64,000 bases of DNA from an uncultured delta proteobacterium (GTDB lineage: Bacteria > Desulfobacterota > WTBG01), in NCBI GenBank assembly GCA_963793865.1, contig CAWCBP010000010.1, positions 45,635 through 109,634 on the forward strand, read 5' to 3'. The position numbers and the translations under genes were made by a program. Of the stretch, positions 45,140 to 54,746 are shown piece after piece (position 1 is the stretch's first letter; every line of letters starts with the position of its first letter). Under the pieces are notes generated by a model, which saw only the letters and a list, made by a program, of their open reading frames with translations, was not told the origin of the DNA and did not search any database.

Positions 45140-46495
45140 TTACCACTTGAACAGTACGGTGTATTCCACCACCGTTTCCCCGTCCTTGTCCACCGGCACC
45201 TCGAACTCGATGGTGGTGGCGTCCTTCTTTTTGTGGGGGTGGGATTGCTTGCGTATTTTCCAGTCTCCCTGGAGCTGTTCCTCCACCACCACCCTGACCG
45301 CTTCCTTTTTATGATTGCGCAGGGTGATTTGCCAGGTTTCCTCGTGCGACCGTTCGCTCAGCTGCTTCATCTCCTTCTGGATGCGCTCCCCCTTGATGTC
45401 AAAGGCGTTGCCCAGGTAGATGCGAACTTTTTCGTCCTGCGGGGTGTGATCAATGAGATCCTCGCCCACGAATTCCAGCGAGTTGTCGGCATCATCCTGC
45501 TTGTATACCCTCACCTTTCCTTTGGGAAGAGGAATGCCCGGTCCGGAGCCCCTGCTGTTTTGAAATGCCAGGGTCACGCGCACGGCTTCCCCGTAAAGAA
45601 CGCCATTGTAGCAATAGATTTTGTCTGCCTTGATCTCAGCCGGGGGGAAAAGAGCGATTTGTTTTACCTGGTTGTTTTTGACCGTTGCCCGCCTTTGCAG
45701 GGTATAGAGGTGATATTCAAAGAATTGTTTTTCCTGGAACTGGGGCGGTGCCGCCTGCTCGGCCATCATTTCCGAACCTTTGGCCATCGACCTGATCTCC
45801 GGGGGCGCCGCGCGATGGACATCCCCGGCAATCAGCTTTAACTTCGCGTTGTCATAATCAGCTCCGGATTGATTGTCGATGGAAACCCAGCTGTTCAGTT
45901 CCAGCAGGCTGTCATTCTTTTTGCAGACGGCCACGTATTCGGCATGCCAGCTCATGCTCCCCGTGAGGTAGCTCACTTCCGCCTTGTGCTCCCCCGCCTT
46001 TTGATTATCGATGAGCCACACCAGCGTCGGTTTGGTGATCAGCCCCTCGGGTAATGCAGGATAGTCGATGCTGATGATGGGATCGATGGCGATGCTTTTA
46101 ATGTTTCCCGCCTTCATCTGCAGCATGATGGCCTTCTGAGAGGCGCTCAGCAGCCGCCCCTGGAAGGGACCGTCCTGTTCGGTATGGACGGTGATTTCCT
46201 GATCGATGTATTTTTGCAGCATCTTGTTGGAATTGACCAGGTCATATTCGTAGTTCTGCTCTATCAGGTCCACATCACCGGGGTCGGTCAAGGATGTAAA
46301 GTGTACCGAGGTGGGATCAATGGCCGCGGCCACATCGGTAAACCGTACTTCACTGGTGCCCTTGGGGAGCCGGATCGTTCGCACTTCCCTGACCAGGGCC
46401 AGGTTATTTGAGTAGACCGTTAGCGCAACGTCCTTTTCCTGGGCAAATGCGAGAGAAGCGAAACCCACAAGTATGAATGCCGGCAGTATTTTCAT
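45140..46495 (-). CDS. DUF4139/DUF4140 domain secreted protein
   Basis: ALTVYSNNLALVRE, EQNYEYDL, KPTLVW, SYLT..MSW..EY, EYHLYTL. Confidence 0.85.
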   Translation of the reverse strand: MKILPAFILVGFASLAFAQEKDVALTVYSNNLALVREVRTIRLPKGTSEVRFTDVAAAIDPTSVHFTSLTDPGDVDLIEQNYEYDLVNSNKMLQKYIDQEITVHTEQDGPFQGRLLSASQKAIMLQMKAGNIKSIAIDPIISIDYPALPEGLITKPTLVWLIDNQKAGEHKAEVSYLTGSMSWHAEYVAVCKKNDSLLELNSWVSIDNQSGADYDNAKLKLIAGDVHRAAPPEIRSMAKGSEMMAEQAAPPQFQEKQFFEYHLYTLQRRATVKNNQVKQIALFPPAEIKADKIYCYNGVLYGEAVRVTLAFQNSRGSGPGIPLPKGKVRVYKQDDADNSLEFVGEDLIDHTPQDEKVRIYLGNAFDIKGERIQKEMKQLSERSHEETWQITLRNHKKEAVRVVVEEQLQGDWKIRKQSHPHKKKDATTIEFEVPVDKDGETVVEYTVLFKW

Positions 46496-46611
46496 GAAGC
46501 GCTCCTGTGACGGTTGTGCATGGGATCGTTATCATTGTTCAATCTTGATGATAGTGTCTCATCGATAATGACCGTATTATTTTTAACCGAAAATGAAGAA
46601 CGTAATCATCT

Positions 46612-46637
46612 GTAGGGGCGACCGGCCGGTCGCCCCT
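46612..46637 (+). repeat. REP copy, GTAGGGGCG family
   Basis: GTAGGGGCGACCGGCCGGTCGCCCCT. Confidence 0.8.
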
Positions 46638-46684
46638 TCCCGCGGCCTAATCTTGTTGGAGTGGATTGCCATTTTTTCAATTGG

Positions 46685-46780
46685 GGGGACGCCCTTAAAA
46701 TTCTAAGTTTATAATAGAACAGACAGAATTTTAGAATTTTAAGGGCGTCCCCTATTGCTCAAGGGCGTCCCCTATTGCTC
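46685..46780. repeat. inverted-repeat mini-element (22-bp perfect IRs) plus 20-bp tandem duplication
   Basis: GGGGACGCCCTTAAAATTCTAA / TTAGAATTTTAAGGGCGTCCCC; AAGGGCGTCCCCTATTGCTC x2 at 46741-46780. Confidence 0.8.
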
Positions 46781-48729
46781 ATTTCCCGCCCGCCAACAGC
46801 TCATTGATTGCCGGGCACTCGCGGTCGCCGAGCTTTCCCTGCCTTTCGAGATCCGCGGCGGCGTCATCGAGCCCAACCTCAAGCAGCCGCTTTTTGGTGG
46901 GCAGGCCGTCGGCAGAGCAGCCTCGGTAATGGTAGTATTCTTCGAGCATGCCCGGGTGGTGAATGGGATCATCATCCCCGCGCCGGGTGCCCCGGCGCAG
47001 GTCGTCCTTGCGCGATATGCCCAGCAGCGCATTAAAGCATTTCTCAAGCTGGTAGGCGCGCTCGGCCGCTTCAAAGAGGCGGTCCGGGCTGCGCCCGGTC
47101 GCCGCCTCGTACATCTCTCCCATTTCCTCCACCAGAATGAGGGGATCGGAATAGACATCGCAGCTTACCATGGGCACAAAGCAGATGCCGAGACAGTCCA
47201 TGAGCATTTTGTAATTCTCGCTCCACCACACCACCCTGCCCTTGCCGACCGGATTCCCATGCTCCATGATCCCATCCGGAAGCTCCTTGCCGAAGATTCT
47301 CTGCAGCATTTCCTGCAGGCCGATCATGGCGGCAAAGGGATGTCCCTTGAGATGATCCGCGCCGCGGGTGGCAACCGATGAGGCAAGGCTCATGGCCACG
47401 GCCTGGGTGCAGTTGTAGGTGAAGGACTGGCCCTTGGTGTGAAAGCCGTATTCGCTCGCTCCGTGACCGATCCTCTCAACCGCGTCCGGCATGCTCCCGG
47501 CAAGGATGTCACCGAACCCTTCACGCCGGCTGATCTTCATGATCATGTCCGAGATGACCTGCTCATCACCCCATTCAAGCCTGACGCCGCCGGTATCCTC
47601 GCTCCCGATGATGCCCCGCTGAAAGCACTCCATGGCCATGGCCAGGTTCCAGCCGAACTGTATACAGTCCAGGCCCATGCGGTTTGTCATATGGGAGATG
47701 CGAACCAGGGCCGGAAAATCAAACAGCCCCAGCAGCGGCCCCATGTTGGTATAATGGCCGAACTCAAGCTTCCCGCTCTTTTCTCCCGCATACGGTCCCT
47801 CCGTGACTTCCCATGTCTGGGTGCAGGCCACCGGGCAGCGATAGCAGGCGGACTGGCCTTTTTTATATTTCTGCACCAGGTCGGTGAGCTCATAGGCCTG
47901 AAGCTGATCCCGGGTGATGCGTACCTGCTGGTTTTTGACGCGGGTCTGGTCGCTGTTCTGGGCGATGAGCATGAGTGAGCCGTATTCCTTGTGGGTGAAC
48001 AGGACCGGACCGCCCCAGACTTCACCGTAGCGCTTCACCAGCTCATCGAATTTCTTGTTATCCGCCGCCGGCACCGTGCCGTCCGCTTTCACGATTATCG
48101 CCTTCAGGTTCTTTGACCCCATCACGCAGCCCATGCCCGCCCTGCCGTTGAAACCGACGCGTTTGGTGCTGTTGCAAATGCTGGCGTAGCGGACCAAATT
48201 CTCTCCTGCCGGCCCGATGCGCGCCGTCTCGCACGCGCCGTATGTTTCATGGATCTTTTCGTCCGTCTCGAAGGTGTCAAGTCCCCAGAGATGCGCCGCG
48301 TCAACCAGTTCCGGCAATTTGCCTTTTTCGATGAGAAGGGCCACCGGCTTTTTTGCCTTTCCCCTGCATATGATGTGGTCGTAGCCCGCCTGCTTCACCC
48401 GTGCCGGGAAGATGCCGCCGCTGTTGGTATCGCCGAAAATGCGGGTAAGCGGACTCTTGGCGGTTATGGTCATGCGTGACGCGCAGGGAAATTTTGTTCC
48501 CACCAGCACCCCGAAACCGAATATGAGCGGGTTGTCCGGAGAGAGCGGGTCAACCTGAGGGTTTGCTCGCAGCATTTCATAGAGCAGCCGGGCGTTAATG
48601 CCCGCCCCGCCGGTATATCCGCTGATGAGTTCCTCGGAGAGGTCCTCTTCCCATACCCTGGCATCCGTAAGGTCAACCTGGAGAATCTTCCCCCGCCATC
48701 CGCCGCTCTTTTTCGCCTTTTTTTGCCAT
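46779..48729 (-). CDS. aldehyde:ferredoxin oxidoreductase (W/Mo-bis-pterin AOR family); extra A in A7 run just after the ATG
   Basis: GWRGKILQVDL, AKSPLT, IGPAGEN, GRAGMGCVMGSKNLKAI, CYRCPVAC, RGADHL; AGGAGG before ATG 48729. Confidence 0.92.
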
Positions 48730-49172
48730 TACCGCCTCCTGAATACACTATTATAATCAAACCCTCATAAACCTGCGGAGCACCACGAAGCGTGAAAATG
48801 AATTCTCGCCAAAAAAATTTGAAATTTCGATAGGAGCGGCTTCAGATGCGAAAAAACATTGTCATTTCGAAGAAGCCTTGGCGACTGAGAAATCTTCTGC
48901 AATTTATTATGTTCGCATTACACCTATAGAACGTATAAAAAGAACATCCGGCACAAATAATATTATCATACACTTGCTTTGAGGCACGCCAAGTCTAAAA
49001 CCGGGGTAGCTGTATGTCAATCACAAATTCAACGCAGCACATGGAAGGGGATGGTGAGGATAGGGAGCAGTAATATTATTATTGATAGACAGTAAAGGTG
49101 AATCAATGGTTCCGCGAGATTCATCAAAAGGATTTTCCGGAGGGGTGAACAATGGCTTTAAATATGATTGGT

Positions 49173-50489
49173 TCACTCGCGTCCTCTGGTCTGCTCATAT
49201 GCGTATAATATCCTGCCCAGTTCCGCCAGAAAGGGAAGGCCGACGGTCTGATACTCATATTTGCCGTCCTTCATTATTTCATCCTCATTGACATAGATGA
49301 CGGCTGAAAGGAAAAATTCTATCTGTGCCGAGGCGTTTTGAATATACGCGCAGTCTGAAAGGTACCCGTCCGACTGACCGACCACATTAAATATCCGTAT
49401 GGATCTGTCAGCAATGACGCCATCCATGGCATCACCGAACAGGAAATATTTTTTGTAATTATCCGGATAGAGCTTCGGGTTGTGATAGGCAGGCACATCC
49501 GACTCGCCGGGAAGGGATGACAGGCAGCGATACAGTAAGGCATAGTCCTGCTGCGTTAAATGAAAGCGCGCCTGTTCGGGAAAGTTTTCCGGGAACAGTA
49601 TCGACTGCAGCATGGTATGGATGTCCTGCAGGCAGATGTAGTTATGAAAGGTATAATCGTAGGGCCGGGGAACATATCGTCCCTGCGGATCAATATGCGC
49701 CATGCCCTTGGTGGCAGTTCCCGGAGGATTACTCAGCAGCGCGTTGTTGACCTGCGCAGGCTGGGCGTATACAACGTTGTTATCTTCATCGTAAAAGGTT
49801 ACCGGATTGGTGTAGCGGTTGTCATCGGCATCGCAGCCGTTGAAGCGCCTGATGATTCGGGCAGAGGGGTATCCGATGCGCCACAACGACGCATTGATGT
49901 ACTCCTGGCCGAGAAATTCGTACAGGCGGTTATAGGCGTCGTTATCGCTTACCAGCAGCGCCTTCCTTATATAATGCGCCACCGTCGGTCGCCCATCCGG
50001 CGCGGTGCTGTCGCCTGTGACCGCTGTCTGGCAGCAGTGCTGTTTGCCGATTGCAAGACGGGTATCGCAGGTCAGTCCGGGAATATGCAGCTCGTTTATT
50101 TTCTGAAGCGCCAGGCAGGCAACCGGCAGTTTTACAAGGCTTGCCGGATTAAAATATGATTTCTCGTGTACGCCGTATGCAAAGTGACGAAACTGCGGCC
50201 GGCCCTGGCGGTCACGATCGATCCGGGTGTAGAGAATCCGGGTTTCATATTTTCCGGGATTTGCAATAATGCTTTTGAGCCGGTCTGATCCCCGGGAGAG
50301 CAATTCAGGGATCAGGCTGTTTGATGGCAATGGCCTGACAGCAGTGTCGTTTTCCGTTGAGACAGTTCTGTCGGTTCTTTCACTGACCACCGCGACGCTG
50401 ACGGCAGCGCGGGTATCGCGCTGCACGCTGCACGCGGGAAGCATGCAGAGAATGCCCAAGGCCATGGCGGTGATTCTATTTGGCATCAT
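49173..50489 (-). CDS. serine hydrolase / class A beta-lactamase-like lipoprotein
   Basis: LPAC lipobox; PASLVKL (SxxK), VSDNDAYN (SDN). Confidence 0.75.
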   Translation of the reverse strand: MMPNRITAMALGILCMLPACSVQRDTRAAVSVAVVSERTDRTVSTENDTAVRPLPSNSLIPELLSRGSDRLKSIIANPGKYETRILYTRIDRDRQGRPQFRHFAYGVHEKSYFNPASLVKLPVACLALQKINELHIPGLTCDTRLAIGKQHCCQTAVTGDSTAPDGRPTVAHYIRKALLVSDNDAYNRLYEFLGQEYINASLWRIGYPSARIIRRFNGCDADDNRYTNPVTFYDEDNNVVYAQPAQVNNALLSNPPGTATKGMAHIDPQGRYVPRPYDYTFHNYICLQDIHTMLQSILFPENFPEQARFHLTQQDYALLYRCLSSLPGESDVPAYHNPKLYPDNYKKYFLFGDAMDGVIADRSIRIFNVVGQSDGYLSDCAYIQNASAQIEFFLSAVIYVNEDEIMKDGKYEYQTVGLPFLAELGRILYAYEQTRGRE

Positions 50490-51705
50490 CAGGGGAGGTC
50501 TTCGGGACTTTCCTGGCTAGCAGCATATTAGAGGATTTGGCGTAGCCGAATCTGAAATTGAGTTTTTCGTCCTTCCCGCGGTAGGCAGCCGCAAGGTCAT
50601 CTTCAAAGTGTTCCTTAAACATGTCAATCGGGCCGGTGTAACTCCCGTACAGGGTTATCTCCCAGAGGGCGGTATTAAAACACCGGTAGGGAATTGCCGA
50701 GTCATCCTGCAGGATAAAAGCGCTTTTTTCCAGCAGCAGGCTTCTGATGCCTGAAAAATAACTCTTATGCATCAGGTAGGAGGCGGACTTAACAAATGAG
50801 ACAACCGGGCCTTCAAGTTTTTCAAGATATGCCTTGCAGCCCGGGCATTGTGAAAAACCGCTGTCGGAAATGTCTGCCGACAGGTACACAAGCTGTTTTT
50901 TAACACTGCTGCGGGCATGGGTAAATTCAATTTCAATTCCTCTGCAAAAACCGTTTTTACCCCTGCATTCGGCGGATGACCGGCGATACACCTGCAGGCC
51001 GTTTTGATCCAGATCGAAAAAACGAAGCGACGAGATGTGGCTGCCGCTGCGGGCAAGGAAAAGCATTATAAGGGGGAGGGTTCCGGTGACGCAATGGCCG
51101 CTTAATTCTTCCGACATGTCATCGGTTTTAAAAAAGCTTATCTGCAGGATGTCTTTCAGGGCCTCATCCAGCATCTGAAGACATGCCGAGAAATCATCGT
51201 TGCGCATGTCCGCAAAATTGGGAAGCCGTCCCGTCGGTTCAAGGCCGAGCAAAACATACTTGTCGGCATCAGGGAAAAAAGTGTATGCATAGAGAAAGTC
51301 GGGGCCGCCGAAGGGATATAACACCGTCCGGCCCCTGCGCCTGATATCGGCAAGCGCACGGCTGCTCCACTTCCTTATGGCAGCGGCCTTGTTTTTATTA
51401 AATGCGTCCCAGCGCCGGCCGGCAGCGGCTGCATATTGTTTCCAGGCCGCTTTTTTCGCCGGGCTGTAATAACTGCCGGTGTCGGGAAAACGCAGGCCGG
51501 CTAAGCACTGCGCAACCGCATCATAGGAGGCAGTGCCCGCGGCTGCGTCTGTCCCCGGTTTTTGACGGCCAGCAGGGCCGGCAGACAGCGCTTTTGCTGC
51601 AGCGGGATGACGGGCACCGGCCTCTGCCGGCGCAGCGGGATCGGCAGCGAATGATGCTATGGGGAAACAGCAGAGGATGCACGCGATGGCAAGAAGCTGC
51701 GGCAT
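50476..51705 (-). CDS. secreted hypothetical protein (start uncertain, 51705-51747)
   Basis: signal-peptide-like N-terminus; long ORF with VLYPFGGPDF, KSASYLMH, ILQDDSAIPY; overlaps next gene. Confidence 0.7.
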   Translation of the reverse strand: MPQLLAIACILCCFPIASFAADPAAPAEAGARHPAAAKALSAGPAGRQKPGTDAAAGTASYDAVAQCLAGLRFPDTGSYYSPAKKAAWKQYAAAAGRRWDAFNKNKAAAIRKWSSRALADIRRRGRTVLYPFGGPDFLYAYTFFPDADKYVLLGLEPTGRLPNFADMRNDDFSACLQMLDEALKDILQISFFKTDDMSEELSGHCVTGTLPLIMLFLARSGSHISSLRFFDLDQNGLQVYRRSSAECRGKNGFCRGIEIEFTHARSSVKKQLVYLSADISDSGFSQCPGCKAYLEKLEGPVVSFVKSASYLMHKSYFSGIRSLLLEKSAFILQDDSAIPYRCFNTALWEITLYGSYTGPIDMFKEHFEDDLAAAYRGKDEKLNFRFGYAKSSNMLLARKVPKTSPDDAK

Positions 51706-52000
51706 ACAGTTGATCCGGGCGGTCCATGTCGGCGCGACGGCCGGCAATGTTGATTGATACGTGCTCGTTTTGAGATGAAGCCAGTATAGGAACGGCGCGA
51801 TTGCGTGTCAATAAAAAACTCCCCGCGCGGTGCGGCCGGGGATTGACTGGGCAGGCACCGTCCATGTGATGATAGAGTAAAACGGAAGCACGGATCGGGG
51901 CCTTTCCTCAAAAGCGTTGCCATGGCAGGGCTAACCTGCTAGTATCGTAATAACGCTTGATCTGCAAGGCCGAGTGATTACACGCCGGGGAGGAAATACT

Positions 52001-53932
52001 ATGAACGGAGCCGGGGCCGTACGCTACGATGTGACCCTTTTTACCGATCATGACATCTACCTCTTCCGCGAGGGGAGCCATTATCGGCTGTACGATAAAA
52101 TGGGCTCCCATTTCCTGGAGCGTGACGGCGGGGGTGGGACCTGCTTTGCGGTCTGGGCGCCCAATGCCAGGGATGTGTCGGTCCTGGGTGATTTCAACGG
52201 CTGGAACAGCACATCCCATTTCCTGAAAGCGCGGGAGGACGGCTCCGGCATCTGGGAGGGATTCATCCCGGGCGTGGGGAAAGGCGCCCTGTACAAGTAT
52301 CATGTGCGCTCACAGCATAATGGATACGAGGCGGACAAGGGTGACCCGTTCGCCCGGTACTGGGAATGCCCGCCCCGGACCGCTTCCATCGTGTGGGATG
52401 CCGGTTACGGCTGGAATGACGCTCAGTGGATGCAGAACCGGCACAGCAAGAACCGCCTGGAAGCGCCTTTTTCCATCTACGAAGTCCATTTCGGCTCCTG
52501 GCGACGAGTGCCGGAGGAAGGAAACCGCTTCCTTTCCTACCGCGAGGCCGCTCCCTACCTGATTGATCATGTCAAGCAACTCGGTTTTACCCACCTGCAA
52601 TTTCTTCCGCTCACCGAGCATCCCTTTTACGGATCGTGGGGATACCAGACACTGGGCTACTTTGCGCCGACCAGCAGGTATGGTTCACCCCAGGACCTGA
52701 TGTATCTGATCGACGAGCTTCACCGCAACGGCATAGGAGTGATCATGGACTGGGTGCCGTCCCACTTCCCGGCGGATGAATACGGGCTGGCCTATTTTGA
52801 CGGAACCCATCTCTACGAGCATTCCGACAGCCGCAAGGGGTTTCATCCCGAGTGGAACAGCTGCATCTTCAATTACGGGCGGAACGAGGTTCGAAACTTC
52901 CTCATCTCAAGCGCCCTGTTCTGGCTTGATGCCTACCATCTGGACGGGTTGCGGGTGGACGCGGTTGCCTCGATGCTCTACTTGGATTATGCTCGCAAAG
53001 AGGGGGAGTGGGTGCCCAACGAATATGGCGGGAAGGAAAACATCGAGGCGATTCACTTCCTGCGGCGTCTCAACGAGGCGGTCTACCGGGATCATCCCGA
53101 TGTGCAGACTATCGCCGAGGAATCCACCGACTGGTCAATGGTTTCCCGGCCCGCCTATGTGGGAGGGCTCGGCTTCGGCATGAAGTGGAACATGGGATGG
53201 ATGCACGATACCCTGGACTATTTTTCCCAGGACCCGGTCTTCCGGAAATATCATCATAACCAGCTTACTTTCAGCATCTGGTACGCCTTTACCGAGAATT
53301 TTGTCCTTCCCCTGTCCCACGATGAGGTGGTGCACGGCAAGGGGGCGCTGGCGGGGAAGATGCCCGGCGACGAATGGCAGCGTTACGCGAACCTGCGGCT
53401 GCTCTACGGCTACATGTTCGGCCATCCCGGGAAAAAGCTGCTCTTCATGGGAGGGGAATGGGGCCAGTGGCGGGAGTGGGTGCACGAGGAGAGCATCGAA
53501 TGGCATGCGGCTGAGTATCCCGGCCAGCGCGGGCTGATGCGGTGGCTTTCGGACCTGAACCGCTTTTATGCTGCCGAGCCGGCCATGCATCAGCTGGATT
53601 TCGAGAGCAGCGGGTTTGAATGGATCGACTGCCATGACTGGGAAAACAGCACCATCAGCTTCATCCGCCGGGGCAGGGATGCCAATGATATCATCCTGGC
53701 GGTGTGCAATTTGACCCCGGTGTTCCGCCTGGGTTACACGATAGGTGTGCCGCGGGGCGGCTTCTGGCGGGAGGTGCTCAACAGCGATGCGGAATGCTAC
53801 GGCGGAAGCAACCAGGGCAATGCAGGCGGTGTTGACGCGCTCCCCTTTCCCGCGCACGGGAGAGACTGGTCACTGGCGGTCACCCTGCCGCCGCTGGCCG
53901 CGGTTTTCTTCAAAAGCTCCTGGCACTCTTGA
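52001..53932 (+). CDS. glgB: 1,4-alpha-glucan branching enzyme (short form)
   Basis: FAVWAPNA, SWGYQ, DWVPSHF, DGLRVDAVASM, AEEST, LSHDEVVHGK. Confidence 0.97.
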   Translation: MNGAGAVRYDVTLFTDHDIYLFREGSHYRLYDKMGSHFLERDGGGGTCFAVWAPNARDVSVLGDFNGWNSTSHFLKAREDGSGIWEGFIPGVGKGALYKYHVRSQHNGYEADKGDPFARYWECPPRTASIVWDAGYGWNDAQWMQNRHSKNRLEAPFSIYEVHFGSWRRVPEEGNRFLSYREAAPYLIDHVKQLGFTHLQFLPLTEHPFYGSWGYQTLGYFAPTSRYGSPQDLMYLIDELHRNGIGVIMDWVPSHFPADEYGLAYFDGTHLYEHSDSRKGFHPEWNSCIFNYGRNEVRNFLISSALFWLDAYHLDGLRVDAVASMLYLDYARKEGEWVPNEYGGKENIEAIHFLRRLNEAVYRDHPDVQTIAEESTDWSMVSRPAYVGGLGFGMKWNMGWMHDTLDYFSQDPVFRKYHHNQLTFSIWYAFTENFVLPLSHDEVVHGKGALAGKMPGDEWQRYANLRLLYGYMFGHPGKKLLFMGGEWGQWREWVHEESIEWHAAEYPGQRGLMRWLSDLNRFYAAEPAMHQLDFESSGFEWIDCHDWENSTISFIRRGRDANDIILAVCNLTPVFRLGYTIGVPRGGFWREVLNSDAECYGGSNQGNAGGVDALPFPAHGRDWSLAVTLPPLAAVFFKSSWHS

Positions 53933-53960
53933 AGCGAAGTAATGTTATGAAGGAGGAACG

Positions 53961-54725
53961 ATGCTGATCGACACGCACGCCCATCTGGACATGCCTGAAT
54001 TTGATAAGGACAGAGATGAGGTAGTGAAACGGGCGCGGGAGGGCGGCATTGACTATATTATCACGGTGGGAATTGACCTTGACTCATGTAGGGATGCGGT
54101 CAGGCTGTCCGAGGGGTTCGAGTATGTCTACGCAATCGTGGGCATGCATCCGCACAATGCCAAAGATGTGGATGAAAAAAGCTACGATATTTTGAGGGAA
54201 TATGCCCGGCATGAAAAGGTGCGCGCGCTGGGGGAGATGGGGCTCGATTTTTTCCGCAATCATTCTCCCCGGGAGGTGCAGCTCAGGCGATTCAGGGAAC
54301 AGGTTTCGCTTGCCCGGGAGGTGTGATTGCCGGTGGTAATTCATGACCGAGACGCACACCGGGAGACGCTTGACATTTTGAAGGAGGAAAAAGCCTCAGA
54401 CATAGGCGGGGTGATCCACTGCTTTTCCGGCGATTATGCAATGGCCTCGGCATGCATGGACATGGGATTTTATATTTCCGTGCCCGGCACAGTCACCTTC
54501 ACCAAGGCACAGACGCTGCAGGAGGTGGTGCGGCGCATCCCCCTGGAGCGTGTTCTGATAGAAACCGATTGTCCGTTCCTGGCGCCGGTGCCCTTCCGCG
54601 GCAAAAGGAATGAGCCGGCCTATGTGCAGTACGTTGCCCGCGCCATAGCAGAAATCAAAAAGATCGGCTTTGAAACGGTTGCGGCAGTTACCTCAGAGAA
54701 TGCCCGGTTACTTTTTGGCATCTAG
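53961..54725 (+). CDS. tatD: TatD-family DNase, with in-frame TGA at 54324-54326
   Basis: IDTHAHL, GMHPH, GEMGLD | LPVVIHDR, GVIHCF, ETDCPFL, NEP; both halves in same frame. Confidence 0.9.
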
Positions 54726-54746
54726 GGGTCAAGTCTCTACAGGCTG

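Noticed and set aside
48715..48729. A7 run after the AOR start as programmed frameshift or phase variation
   Set aside because: Indistinguishable from the many homopolymer errors elsewhere; no stimulatory structure seen
51878..51888. TAAAACGGAAG identical to part of the 15531 helix arm
   Set aside because: Single 11-nt match without surrounding similarity; plausibly chance
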